Assembly: GCA_900617105.1 (NCBI GenBank)
Contig: UYFQ01000815.1
Span: 1-46,895 of the forward strand
DNA: 46,895 bases
Origin: Hydrurus foetidus
Lineage: Eukaryota
Direction of reading: 5' to 3'
The notes beneath the pieces are model-generated. The model made no database searches. It was not told the origin of the DNA and saw only the letters and a program-made list of their open reading frames with translations. This document shows, piece after piece, positions 24,569 to 35,411 of this stretch. Both the position numbers and the translations under genes were made by a program. Position 1 is the first letter of the stretch. The number at the start of each line of letters is the position of its first letter.

Positions 24569-25491
24569 AAAACATATGGGAGGAGACGGTAATCAGGTTC
24601 CAACACTTCGACTAAACCGATCCCAAATCGTGCCACAGGCCACAATTCACCGTCACATGATAACGCGAACGTGATAGTATCACGTGCAGATTATCACGCA
24701 TACGAACTTTTCCACGTTTCTCCGTTTTTCGTGATAATCTGTACGTGATAATTCAAATATTCAAAATTTCAAGATTTTTTTCCCAAGATCACCGTTTCAA
24801 GCTATCTACCAGATGATAGCTTCTTGTAGTGGCTGTTCGCGATATAGCTTTTTGAATCAAGTATCTTTGAAAGATGATCTACTCAACTAAGTTCATTCTC
24901 GGTCAGTTTTCGGTGATGATGGTGATCATGAAAAGGATGGCGAAGAGGCGTTCTATCGCTAAGCTGAATCGCAGACCTCGGCGTACTCCACCCAACGTTC
25001 AACGTGTGAACGACATCAACTACCAAAGCTCTCCGTGGGGTCAGCTATTAGTGCGCCTGGCACAAATTGATGGTGGACCATCGATTGACTCAAGAGATGA
25101 AAAACTGTTCCGACGTCGGTTTCGAATTCCATACGGTGTTTTTTGCAATCTTGTACAAAAGTGCTTGGACAAAAATCTCTTCGGAGGAAATGCAAGTAGG
25201 GATAGGGGTATTATTGGCCGAACTTTATGCCCGGTGGAAATCAAACTTTTGTCCGTGCTTCGAATTTTGGGAAGAAATTGGAACTTCGACGACATTGCGA
25301 AGGCAACTTTCATGGGTGAATCCACAGCGAGGAGGGCTTCTCACACTTGTTGTGAAAACTTTGTCCGAGAATATTACTCATTATATGTTTATCGTCCAAT
25401 GGGTGAAAAGCTTTTCAAAGTTATGAAAGTTTTTGAACAAATGGGTCTCCCCGGTTGTATTGGATCAACGGACTGCGTTGACCTCAAATGG
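24569..25491 (+). repeat. Inverted copy of 19600-20522 (Harbinger A end with TIR at 24638, plus the 5' half of its transposase)
   Basis: ORF 24874-25497 is identical to 19528-20217 up to TDCV; one substitution at 25480. Confidence 0.95.
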
Positions 25492-26366
25492 AATTAACAA
25501 TTAATGGAATAACAGACGATCACTGTTGTTGGTATATTATCAATAAGCATACCGGAGCTGTGATCACCAGCCAGTTTAAAGCCTGGAATGATACGGTAAG
25601 AATGATAATGTGGTTGGAAACTGTTATAAAACCTCTCAGAGAAAAGTTAGGTAAATTATTGATTTGGTTCGATAATTGCGGTTGCCACAAAACTCAGATA
25701 GTTGAAGATGCGATGATCGGTCTACAGATTCATGTTGCATGTTTGCCACCTAACATGACAGGAGTACTGCAAGTATTAGATTTAGTCGTCAACGGGCCAT
25801 TGAAAGCGCATAGCAGAAAACTTAGAGGATCTCGTATTGTTACTTGTTTCCAAGAATATGCAAAAATGTATGAGCTAGAATCACAGAAAAATCCTGAAGA
25901 ACGTCAAATAGTCAAGTTCAATCCACCGAAGCCATGCATGCTACAAGGCATTAATGATTTATTTGAACTATTCGCTGGTGGTTTTAAAGATCCCAAATTT
26001 CAGGCTGGGATAGTTAGATCATTCACAAGCACTGGATGTCTGCAATTTTTTGATACAAATAACACTGTTTGTTTTGTACCGTATACCAAAAACAAAGTTT
26101 GTGGAACTATGAGTATCACACCTACTGGAACCAGAAATTACCATAATGCAACTTTCAGCAATGATATACCTTTAGCAGACGAGAATCTAGAAGTCGTGAC
26201 TGCAATGAATGCATTTTTAGACTATGATAGCGAAGACGAAAATGCTATGAATGCTATCTTAAATCTGTAATGAAAATAAAAAAGATTCTTAAAATAAACT
26301 TCATTTTAAACACAAAATGAAAATGAGAATAGTGAAAATGAGAATAATGAAAATGAAAAAAACTCA

Positions 26367-28211
26367 GGGTCCGTTCGGTAACTTTTTCTTTTACTGGATT
26401 ACCCCAGGGTACCCCAGATTCCACTGGAATTCCACGAAACAGTGGATTTTCAAATCCAGCCTCTTGTTCGGCATATTTCGTCCTACTGTATTTTTAAGAT
26501 TTGCACTGGATTAAAAAAACAGCTTCTCACTCGTTTTCTTTTTACTGGAAATTGGGAAATTGCCAACTCTTCTCTTGCATCTCTATCACACATCACTATC
26601 ACATCTCTTCATCACAATCTTGAAGTGCAACAACATCATGAGTGTTAAGATAATTAAAGACAGAGCAAAATGGTCTGATGAGACTCGATTCCACTTCATC
26701 ACTGCAATGGTAACTGAGACAGAGAGAGGAATTTGCGTTGACAGCGGCTTCAAGAAGGTTGCATGGCAGCGTATTGTTGACGACCTGAACGAACAATGTC
26801 GCGGCACGTACACGAAGCAGCAGTGTCAGAGCTTCTATCCAAAGCTCAAAGCTGATTGGACAGCTTACTCCGCTATAGTTGGTAACAGCGGATTTGGTGT
26901 AGACCCGGACACCCTTGCTCCAACAGCGCCAAAGTCGGTATGGGATCTTCTTATCCTGGCACATCCTTTGGCAGCGCAGTTCAGGAACAAAGCCCTGAAA
27001 AATTTCGCTGAGTTGGACATCATTTTCAATGGCAGCGGGGCAACTGGCAAGTATGCAAAATCGCCTTTTACTCCAGTGACACCTCGTCATAAACATGGCA
27101 ATGACTTGTGGGGGAAAAGCTCAAACGAGGAGGTCGATAGAGTTTCCAAAGTGGCCAGAAAGTCACCTCCGATTTCTGCGCAGCCCCAAGCGATGAACTC
27201 TGAAGATGACGAGACTATGAGCGGTGATGACAGTGCATTCCCTCGACAGTCTACGAAGGTTTCAGCAATGAAGCTCAACCGAGGTTATTATGAAGACACT
27301 TGTGCATGTGCCTGTTTTGACATCATTGCTAATTTCTTGCGCATTTACCAGCTGATGCAGTGGACCAGTTACCGCCAGCCAAGAAGGCTACTGATGACAG
27401 TGGCTCAAGCGATGATGAAGATGGGTCGCGCACACTATCTAGGAAGAAACAAGTGCCAGTTAAGCCATTGCCGGTCAAGACTCAAGCTAGGAAGCCAAGA
27501 GAGAATGCACAAGAAGAAGTTGTCAAGCTACTCGGAAAAATTGTGTCTAACCAGGAAGTCTTGGTGAAGCACCATACAGCCAGCAGTTCTCTGACGCAAG
27601 CGATGTCACTGTTCAAGGAAAAGTACTCAGCTGATCTGACTGCTGTAGAGCGATTCAAGTTTCAGAAATACTTGAAGGACAATTCTGAGTTATTCATCCT
27701 AATGGACGATGAAGAGATGAAGACATGCATTGATGACTGTTTGAATTAAGTTAGAGCAGAGTGGTCATACATGTTAACCACTGTATTTTGCTACGATAAT
27801 TACTCGAATCACATCTGTAACTACAGTTGTTTATGCTGATTAAGTTAATGAAAGAAATGGTAAAACAGAACGGTAAATTTTATGTTAGCCGTTTCTTAAA
27901 ATAGGTGTCTGTCACAGCAGTTTTTGACGTCAATCTTTGAAATACGGCAGCAAAAATAATTGATTCACATTCTGTGCTTTTGCCAACGTCTTAAAAGTTT
28001 GATGATTGATATGGTCGTATTTTTAAATTATTTATTTTTAATCATTACATCAACGATAAATTAATGGACTCACAACATTCGAATTACTCTAGCGCAAGTC
28101 CGTGGTGTTCGATACCGAACTTCCACTGGATTTCTGTATCCACTGGAAATACAAATTCCACTGCTTTTACGAATCCACTGGAACAGAATACAGAAGTTAC
28201 CGAACGGACCC
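26367..28211 (+). mobile_element. Non-autonomous PIF/Harbinger element E (Myb/SANT gene only)
   Basis: TIR GGGTCCGTTCGGTAACTT and TCA TSD (26364-26366, 28212-28214). The empty site is visible in the other arm near 21458. CCACTGGA subterminal repeats. Confidence 0.95.
26638..27749 (+). CDS. Myb/SANT-like DNA-binding protein (Harbinger ORF1 type), one probable intron ending near 27351
   Basis: RAKWSDE...SGFKKVAWQRIVDDLN...NSGFGVDP...VWDLLILAHP...FAELDIIFNGSGATG. The second exon is ORF 27360-27749; the donor site is uncertain. Confidence 0.85.
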
Positions 28212-29413
28212 TCACTTCAGTAACTTGCCCTGAAAAAAGTTAACGTCGCGGATTTAAGTTGAGTGCCTGTAGGCTGCTGAAAAGTTGTTCATCTCTCTCA
28301 CTCGATCCATTGCTGCTGATGATGATTTCCACGTCGTAACCTACTCTGCTGTGATTAGTGTCACTGTACAACAGGTGACATTGAAACGTATGACATCCTA
28401 TAATATCGTCGTCAAAGAAAGGCGCAAGTGCAGATGAAAATTCCTTGGTCAGGTGACCGATGTGCTCCCCGGCATAATAAAATCCTCCGTTCTCATTTTC
28501 TGCGCACTTTGTCGTAGGTGCAAGGACCTGAATGCAATTGGCATCTGCCGCAAGGAAATAATCGACTCATTAATTGCGTTCGCTGCATCGAGCCATTCGT
28601 CGCTTCAAAATTGCTAAAAGCTTACCGTGAATGTTATTTCTATTACGACGTAGTCCACATATAGAGCCCTTCTTCACTTTAATGTCCTTCGAGAAAGCAA
28701 ACAGTCCCGTAGCATGACTTTGAAATCTGATCACCATTCTGACACCTAAATAAGCATTTGACAGACTATCAGCTTTTGACGACTCAAAACCCCTATTAGA
28801 TTGCACTTCTGGGTAGTCAGACCCTATTCAGAGGACGTGACAATCTCTGTTCTGGAAAATCTGATCAGATCAGACACGATTGAAGGGATTACCTCTCGAA
28901 AGGATAAAATAAAGCTGTCAGCCGTCAGCTACTTTTGGAAAGGCAAAATTGTCAGAAGTCAAATTCTTTTCAGATCGCCACTAGCTGTACTCGACAAGTT
29001 TCCGAGAAGCTTGACGAAATTGTGACAGGTGTTGAATTACCTGAGATATTGACCGAGTTGTATCTTTGTGCGACTTGTCAACATAATAAGCTGGTCTCGC
29101 CGAGAAGGGAACAGGAAGTTGGATTTCCGTCATCCCCACTCAAAGCAAAAAAACATATGGGAGGAGACGGTAATCAGGTTCCAACACTTCGACTAAACCG
29201 ATCCCAAATCGTGCCACAGGCCACAATTCACCGTCACATGATAACGCGAACGTGATAGTATCACGTGCAGATTATCACGCATACGAACTTTTCCACGTTT
29301 CTCCGTTTTTCGTGATAATCTGTACGTGATAATTCAAATATTCAAAATTTCAAGATTTTTTTCCCAAGATCACCGTTTCAAGCTATCTACCAGATGATAG
29401 CTTCTTGTAGTGG

Positions 29414-29500
29414 AGGTCTTCCTCTCTTTGCTTTGCGTACCAGCGGTGCTTCTTGGACGGGTGTTGCTTTCTTGTTTGTTGTCTTGGACGCAGCCATCAT
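29414..29500 (-). pseudogene. 5' stub of an AT-hook-containing ORF cut by the duplication breakpoint
   Basis: MMAASKTTNKKATPVQEAPLVRKAKRGRPP runs directly into the duplicated Harbinger sequence. Confidence 0.45.
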
Positions 29501-29549
29501 GATACTGAAGGGATTGATTGAGACAGACATTGCCGAGAAGTTCAAACTG

Positions 29550-29621
29550 ACGCTACAACTCAAATGACTTATCGCTTCGACTTTTACGCTACGACTCAAT
29601 TGACTTATCGCTTCGACTTTT
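29550..29621. repeat. 36-bp tandem duplication (2 copies, 2 mismatches)
   Basis: acgctac(a/g)actcaa(a/t)tgacttatcgcttcgactttt x2. Confidence 0.9.
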
Positions 29622-30262
29622 AACCGATGTGGAGATGACGATAGATAGTGGATCAGAGAAGTGCGCAACCAACGGGGCAATTTGGCCGGGAACAACCGCT
29701 CCTACCGTTCAATGCATGCGGCTCTTATCCTCTTTTATTCACGGTTTAAGGTCTAATATATCAGCACTTCTAATGCAATAAAAAACACTAGTCAACAAAC
29801 TGCAAACCATATTGAAAGTAGGCTTATAAGCGTCATTTTGAGTGACATAATCCTAATTAAGAGCACGATTTGAACAGTGTTTTAGACCCCCCAATTATTA
29901 TGCCTTTCCAGTTAGCGGATAGATCAGTTAAGCATATGTGAATTTTCTAGAGATCAACGCGAGTTCAAATATGCACTCAGATACCGGTGGGGCCTGATAT
30001 TCCGTGTGCTGGAATTAATCTTGGAGAGCTGCTCTTAAATAGGCACCCTACTCTATGCAAACGGTCCAGGGCGGTATCAAGGCCTTGGCGGTATCATCAT
30101 CTGTCTCTGTCATACATACGATTTCATGATTCCACTTAATTGCAATGAATTGTGAGGATGAAGGTTAACAGTCAACGTAGAGGAAGAGAGATATTGATCC
30201 AGTGAACGGTGCCATGAATTCGTCATCTTAGTTAACAATTAACTAACTGATCTCCCTCTAGA

Positions 30263-31509
30263 ATGGAAGTTGGTACTCTGCCATCAACAGTGCTGGAGAG
30301 TCATACGAAGCTCACCACTGAAGAAGCTTTTGCTAAATTAACCACAAACTACTATTTCCAAGTAGTTTTTGATTCATATCCGGCAGGAGAGCCCATTGAA
30401 GTCGATATTAAGGGATACTCCGTCGTAGGGAGTGGTTACACGGGGGACTTAATGTGCACAGGATTAACACATTGGTGATAAGGACATTCATCACTTATTT
30501 TTGTGGAGACTTTTCATTTTTGTGGAGATGTTTACGATGCACCTACTCGATGGGCTTAAAGCTCAATTCCTGATATCGTGAACGTGATTAGGAGGGTCGC
30601 ACTACTCACTTCAAGATTTATCGGCAGCAGATCAAGGTTCTTTACTGGAAAAAAAGTTTTGGAGCTGGGTTGTGGGCTTGGTCTCTGCGGAATTGTGGCA
30701 GGTAATTTCCGCTTCTTCAGCGTGATACTACTATTTCAAGAATCGGCTGTGATTCATGAATCTTCACAACTGCTGACTATTGCGACCGACACGTTTCCTC
30801 AACTCGCCAAGCACACGCAGTCGGTTCTAATGGAAGAGTTCTACTTACCGACCGCGACAGCGAGGCACTGAGCATCGCTACATCAAATGTAAGGAGGAAT
30901 AACGTGGAACAAATTGCGCAAAGTGCTCTTCTTGAGTGGAACGACGAAGCCGCTTTTCATCGAATCCGGAACAACTTCTCCGCCATGGACGGCGGCAGCG
31001 CAGTTGGTTTCGATATCATAGTTGGCTCTGACTGCTTGTACAGTGGCATGGAGGCCGTCAAGCAGCTTTTTGGCGTCGTCGCCGCCATGCTCGCAAATGA
31101 CGAAATCACAAGTGATTATCTACAATTGCAACCAATGCCTCAAGATTGCGCTCTCAACACTGATCGCACAACATTGGGCGCTAGTGACCATGAGGATGGC
31201 TCAGATGCGCTACTGCAGCCAACCAGTACGGATGGCGGCGGTTGGATGTCGGTACCTTTGCCACACGTGGACCGACCAGTCGTGCACTCTAAACCCGTCT
31301 TCATTCTTGGTTATGAGAGAAGACTTGGAGGATCTGATGTAGATATGTGCGCAATGTTTGAAATCGCTGCCAACTTAGGTCTTGACTGGTGCATAGCAGA
31401 AGACAGTGTAATTGACATATTTGGGAATGAAACTAGTGAACAAACCCTCCTGTGGGAGCAGTGTGTCATGCTATTCACTAGACGCAGCTCGTCAAAGAGT
31501 GATTACTGA
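30263..31509 (+). CDS. Seven-beta-strand protein methyltransferase, METTL21/Methyltransf_16-like; introns at 30475-30591 and about 30702-30811
   Basis: Spliced reading TGLTHW^RVALLTSRFI...KKVLELGCGLGLCGIVA^AHAVG...VLLTDRD...LLEW...FDIIVGSDCLY. The start codon is uncertain. Confidence 0.88.
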
Positions 31510-32865
31510 AATGCTCCATAATTTCGATCTGTTCCTTCTCAGAATTAGTTCACCCGGCCTTTGTCTCACCTATGGAACACCCCTTGTCAACCAGCCTGAC
31601 AGCACTGCCTTGGACGTGAAAGTTGGGTCAGACATTGAATTGTCAGTGGTGATGCTGACAAGAGTCTTTAAGTCGCGGGAAAACGAGCATGATCGACAAA
31701 TTACATATTGGATACCGCCCACTTATGAAGAAAATCAGCTCAGTCAACTTCCAGTATCAAATATGAAGTCCGGCAGCAAATGTGAAATCCTGCAGATTCT
31801 ATTCATAAATACATCATCTGCTCCGAGACACGGAGAATGCATGAAAAGATAAGCGCTATCAAATGGCTGGGCGGCACTCAAATTACTGTCATCGGACCAA
31901 TTTGATCTCATGAAATGCTTCATCATGTCACATCAATTACTGTATGAATCTGCGTAAGATTATGACAATGAATTTTTTTCTGTCGTGCCATCACATATAC
32001 GACTGTTAAAACATATCAAAATATGGTTCCATAGCGTTATTATCTTACATTTTTTTCGATATCTTTTTTAAAGTTATCACATTTGATCTCCAAGAATTTT
32101 GAAGTTCTGGGATCTATCCACATCCTCTGCATTTCCATAGTGTTGCAATTATCATTTGTATGAGTGCACATTCAAATTTGAATCTCAGGGGCTCTAGATG
32201 CAGATAATGTACCTCTGTGCTCTTACTCTACACTGATATCGAGTAATCGAATCCAGCAGGTACAAAACATGAGAATATTGTCACTCTAAAAAAGAATATA
32301 ATCATTCGCCATCATTTTGACGGATCCCAGGATCTGAATCTTATATTTGGTTCTTTTCTCTTTTCTTCGTTTCAAAAAATAAAGATGGTTGCACCATATT
32401 TTCTAGGGATGGTTTGCATTAATGGTAATCACAAGTTTCATCATGAAATTCTGTCTGGACTGCTATAAAATACAGACACCACATCAGAGAGATAAGCCCT
32501 CACTGGTGAGGAGACAACCAAATTCAGGTTGACGGTTGTCTCTTAAGACCAAAGCGTCATCGTCAAATAAAATAGAAGCAAAAAAACTAGTCGGAAGAGT
32601 CTTGTCCTCGCTAAATTCTGCCAACAAAATCAGATTTAGGTACATCATGTGATCTCTTATTTGATGGAGTCAGTCAAAAAAATATAGCAGTTATCAGATG
32701 GCAAAGTGAAACTATCAAGAGACATGAAAAAGATAACGGACAAATTAAGCTATCAGAGGAGGCTGAAAGTCGTCCAAGACGAAAGTCATCACTAGAAAGA
32801 CGGTCTAGTATTCGTGGCAGCAGCCAGTAAAAACTATTGAGAAAAAAAATGTTTCCTTTGGTCAA

Positions 32866-33782
32866 CTAGAAAGCAGCTGCGGTAGTTTTTATCAAATCTG
32901 CCCAGGCTGCAACACCTTTAGACCCTTCTGTAGAAACAACGCTCCCGAAGCCATGTGATAGAGCTGCCTTAGCGCTAGAAGGACCAATAACCACAGCCGT
33001 GGATTGCGTTCCCACTTTCTCTGACCAAGTCTTGACCGCCGATGGACTTGCGAAAGTGACGATGTCCATTGTACGGGCAAGTGTTAACTTCTCTTCACTC
33101 CACTCAGCTGGTAAAGTTGTGTACGTGTTCAGTCTTGTGACCTACATGATTACACCGAATGAGAATAGTCAGGAAGAGTGAAGGTTACGAGCCACGAAAG
33201 CATTATCTTATCATACACTCTTGATGACCACCGTACCACAAATCCTCTACTTTCAAGACCATTTGCAAGCGTATTTTCGGCGAGAGCTGATGACGGATAA
33301 AGAACTGTTTTGCCATAGGCAAAAGGCAGCTCAAGAGCTAAAGTTTTAGCAGTGAAGTCTGACGGCTCGAAGAAGGGAATCAGGCCTTCGGCGACCAGAA
33401 CTTTTGAACTTCCTTCACCAACTGTAGCGATTCTTAGATCTGTAGGGCGACCAGCCAATCGCCACGACTGAAGAAACACTTTCGCTGCTTGTGGAGACGT
33501 AATTACTATCACATCATGACTTCTGATTGCTTCAGTAAGTTGTGCAGCATCAGGCCCCTCTGCAAACATAATGCACGGAATCTCGTAAATATCGTAGCCG
33601 TTTAGTAGATTAGCCAGCTTGTTGTTAGCACCATCTTCCCTTGTAAGAGCAATTTTTGCGTACAATGGCGAGATGTTTCCAGTTTGTCTGGTATTACAAA
33701 CTCGTTTCGATACCAACCCCAGTCCTGTTGTCAGGTGCACAATAAGGCATACCGCGGAATACAATTGATTAAGTATTCGCAT
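32866..33782 (-). CDS. hemD: Uroporphyrinogen-III synthase, 273 aa, intron 33142-33236, with a probable bipartite plastid leader
   Basis: IALTREDG, VITSPQAA, ATVGEGS, VLYPSS, RGFV^VTRLNTYTT, VTFASPSAVKTW and VIGPSSA. About 40-aa N-terminal extension with a hydrophobic stretch. Confidence 0.93.
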
Positions 33783-34043
33783 TGGACTATCTCAGCCCGT
33801 CAAAGCCCAGTGCCCGAGTCGCTGGCGTCTGTGGCTGGTGCTGTGTATTGTGCATTGTGCATCATGGGACATGTAACACTGGAAGACCACCAAAATTGAA
33901 GTATCTCAAAATACCAAAACAGAAATACTACCTGGTACCAAAGATGATTTGGTACCAGGTATCAAACTGCCGAGATCTAAACAGATACTCGGCAAATTGA
34001 TACCTGGTATCAAATGGATACCTGATACTCACATTTATCAAAC

Positions 34044-35255
34044 ATGAAAGCTCCAGCTAAGAGAGGCCGCAGCTATTCAACTGCCAACACAACTTACTTG
34101 CTCGATCTGATTGAGGAGATAGAACCTTGTGGAGCGGAAGAGTGGAATTCTGTCGCATCTAGATACAACGCTCATTTTGGCGGAGAGAGTCGCTCCGGCG
34201 ACGATTTGAAGAATAAATTTAAAACGCTGAAGGGCGTCAAAAAGCCAACTGGAGATCCATCTTGTCCTCCCGAAGTAATTCGAGCAAAACGCCTACAAAA
34301 ATCACTGGAAAGAAGGATGGACGTCCAAACCTTGGAAGACGACGACGACAACTTGGACGACAGAGTGGATGACGATCAACATAATGAAGACAACGACAAT
34401 GAAGAAATCGGGGCCAACGAAGAAATCAACGACAACAATGGATTTGGCGACGCAGTTGATGATTTCGACGAAAACTTCGAGGACAGTAATGAAAGAGATC
34501 GCAGAATTTCCGGTTCTTTAGACGCTGATTCTGACCCTTTCTCCCGCAACAACGCGAAGTCGGGCAACAACGCAACGTCCAGCATCAACTCTAATGCTGG
34601 ATCTTCTCGGCCACCATTTCTCGTTTCCAGGAACGTTAATTTCAACGCGTCTAATCACATGGCAAGAGCAGCCGGTACTAGTTTCCGGTCAGTTCAATCA
34701 AACGCAAAGACTGCAAGTTCTGTAACAAGTCAAGCTGCGAACGGAAGTAAGAGACCACCTCTACCGAAGAAACGGACCAACGCTGCTGAACAAGTTCAGT
34801 CTACAACTACCCTTCGCACAGGGCTGACTGAGGATCAATTGAAGACTATGACATCTACTATACGGGAACGTTCTCCTAGCCCAAGCTACAGCGAGACAGT
34901 TGTCAAACGAAGGAGAATCGATCATATGATAGAGAAAGGAAGTGAGTTCCTCGCCGCTCCCGACACTAGCGGCGATAACATGTTAAAAATCATGATGATG
35001 CAGAGTAATGAGAGAGAAGCAAAAGCTGACGAATGGCGCCGCGAAGAAAGGGAACGGGAAGATCGTAATAATCTGAGAAGAGAAAAAGAAGAACGCGAGC
35101 GGTTGCTGAGAGAAGAAAGGAAAGAGGAGGCGAGGCTTGAACGAGAAGAGAGAAGAGAGGAGAGACGCGAAAGGGAAGAGAGGGACAGAGATGAACGAAG
35201 AGAGAAAGCAGACAGAGAAAGATCAGATCAAATGATGCTATTCTTAAAACGCTAA
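34044..35255 (+). CDS. Accessory Myb/SANT-like DNA-binding protein of element F, 403 aa
   Basis: LLDLIEEIEPCGAEEWNSVASRYN...RSGDDLKNKFKTL...KPTGDPSCPPEVIRAKRL, an acidic linker and an E/R coiled-coil tail. Confidence 0.85.
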   Translation: MKAPAKRGRSYSTANTTYLLDLIEEIEPCGAEEWNSVASRYNAHFGGESRSGDDLKNKFKTLKGVKKPTGDPSCPPEVIRAKRLQKSLERRMDVQTLEDDDDNLDDRVDDDQHNEDNDNEEIGANEEINDNNGFGDAVDDFDENFEDSNERDRRISGSLDADSDPFSRNNAKSGNNATSSINSNAGSSRPPFLVSRNVNFNASNHMARAAGTSFRSVQSNAKTASSVTSQAANGSKRPPLPKKRTNAAEQVQSTTTLRTGLTEDQLKTMTSTIRERSPSPSYSETVVKRRRIDHMIEKGSEFLAAPDTSGDNMLKIMMMQSNEREAKADEWRREEREREDRNNLRREKEERERLLREERKEEARLEREERREERREREERDRDERREKADRERSDQMMLFLKR

Positions 35256-35411
35256 GCATATTTTAAAACGCTAAACGATCCAATGATTCTCTTATTTAAA
35301 CGCAAAGCATAGTTAACAAACAAACACAAATGAAATACGAATACGCAAATGAAATACGAATAATTATTAGATAAATGTATACGGCATACGTAAAATTTAA
35401 AAATCTGTATG

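Larger units (their letters stand above)
25490..29413 (+). repeat. Inverted copy of 20259-22334 (pogo D 3' half, HIRAN exons, third Harbinger A TIR at 29219), interrupted by element E
   Basis: Identical translated ORFs on opposite strands (25488-26270 versus 21554-22334; 28570-29255 versus 20417-21102). Coordinates are colinear once 26367-28214 is removed. Confidence 0.95.

Noticed and set aside
31412..32865. Additional gene between the methyltransferase and hemD
   Set aside because: Only short motif-less ORFs, and I could not build a consistent exon chain. It cannot be excluded without RNA data.
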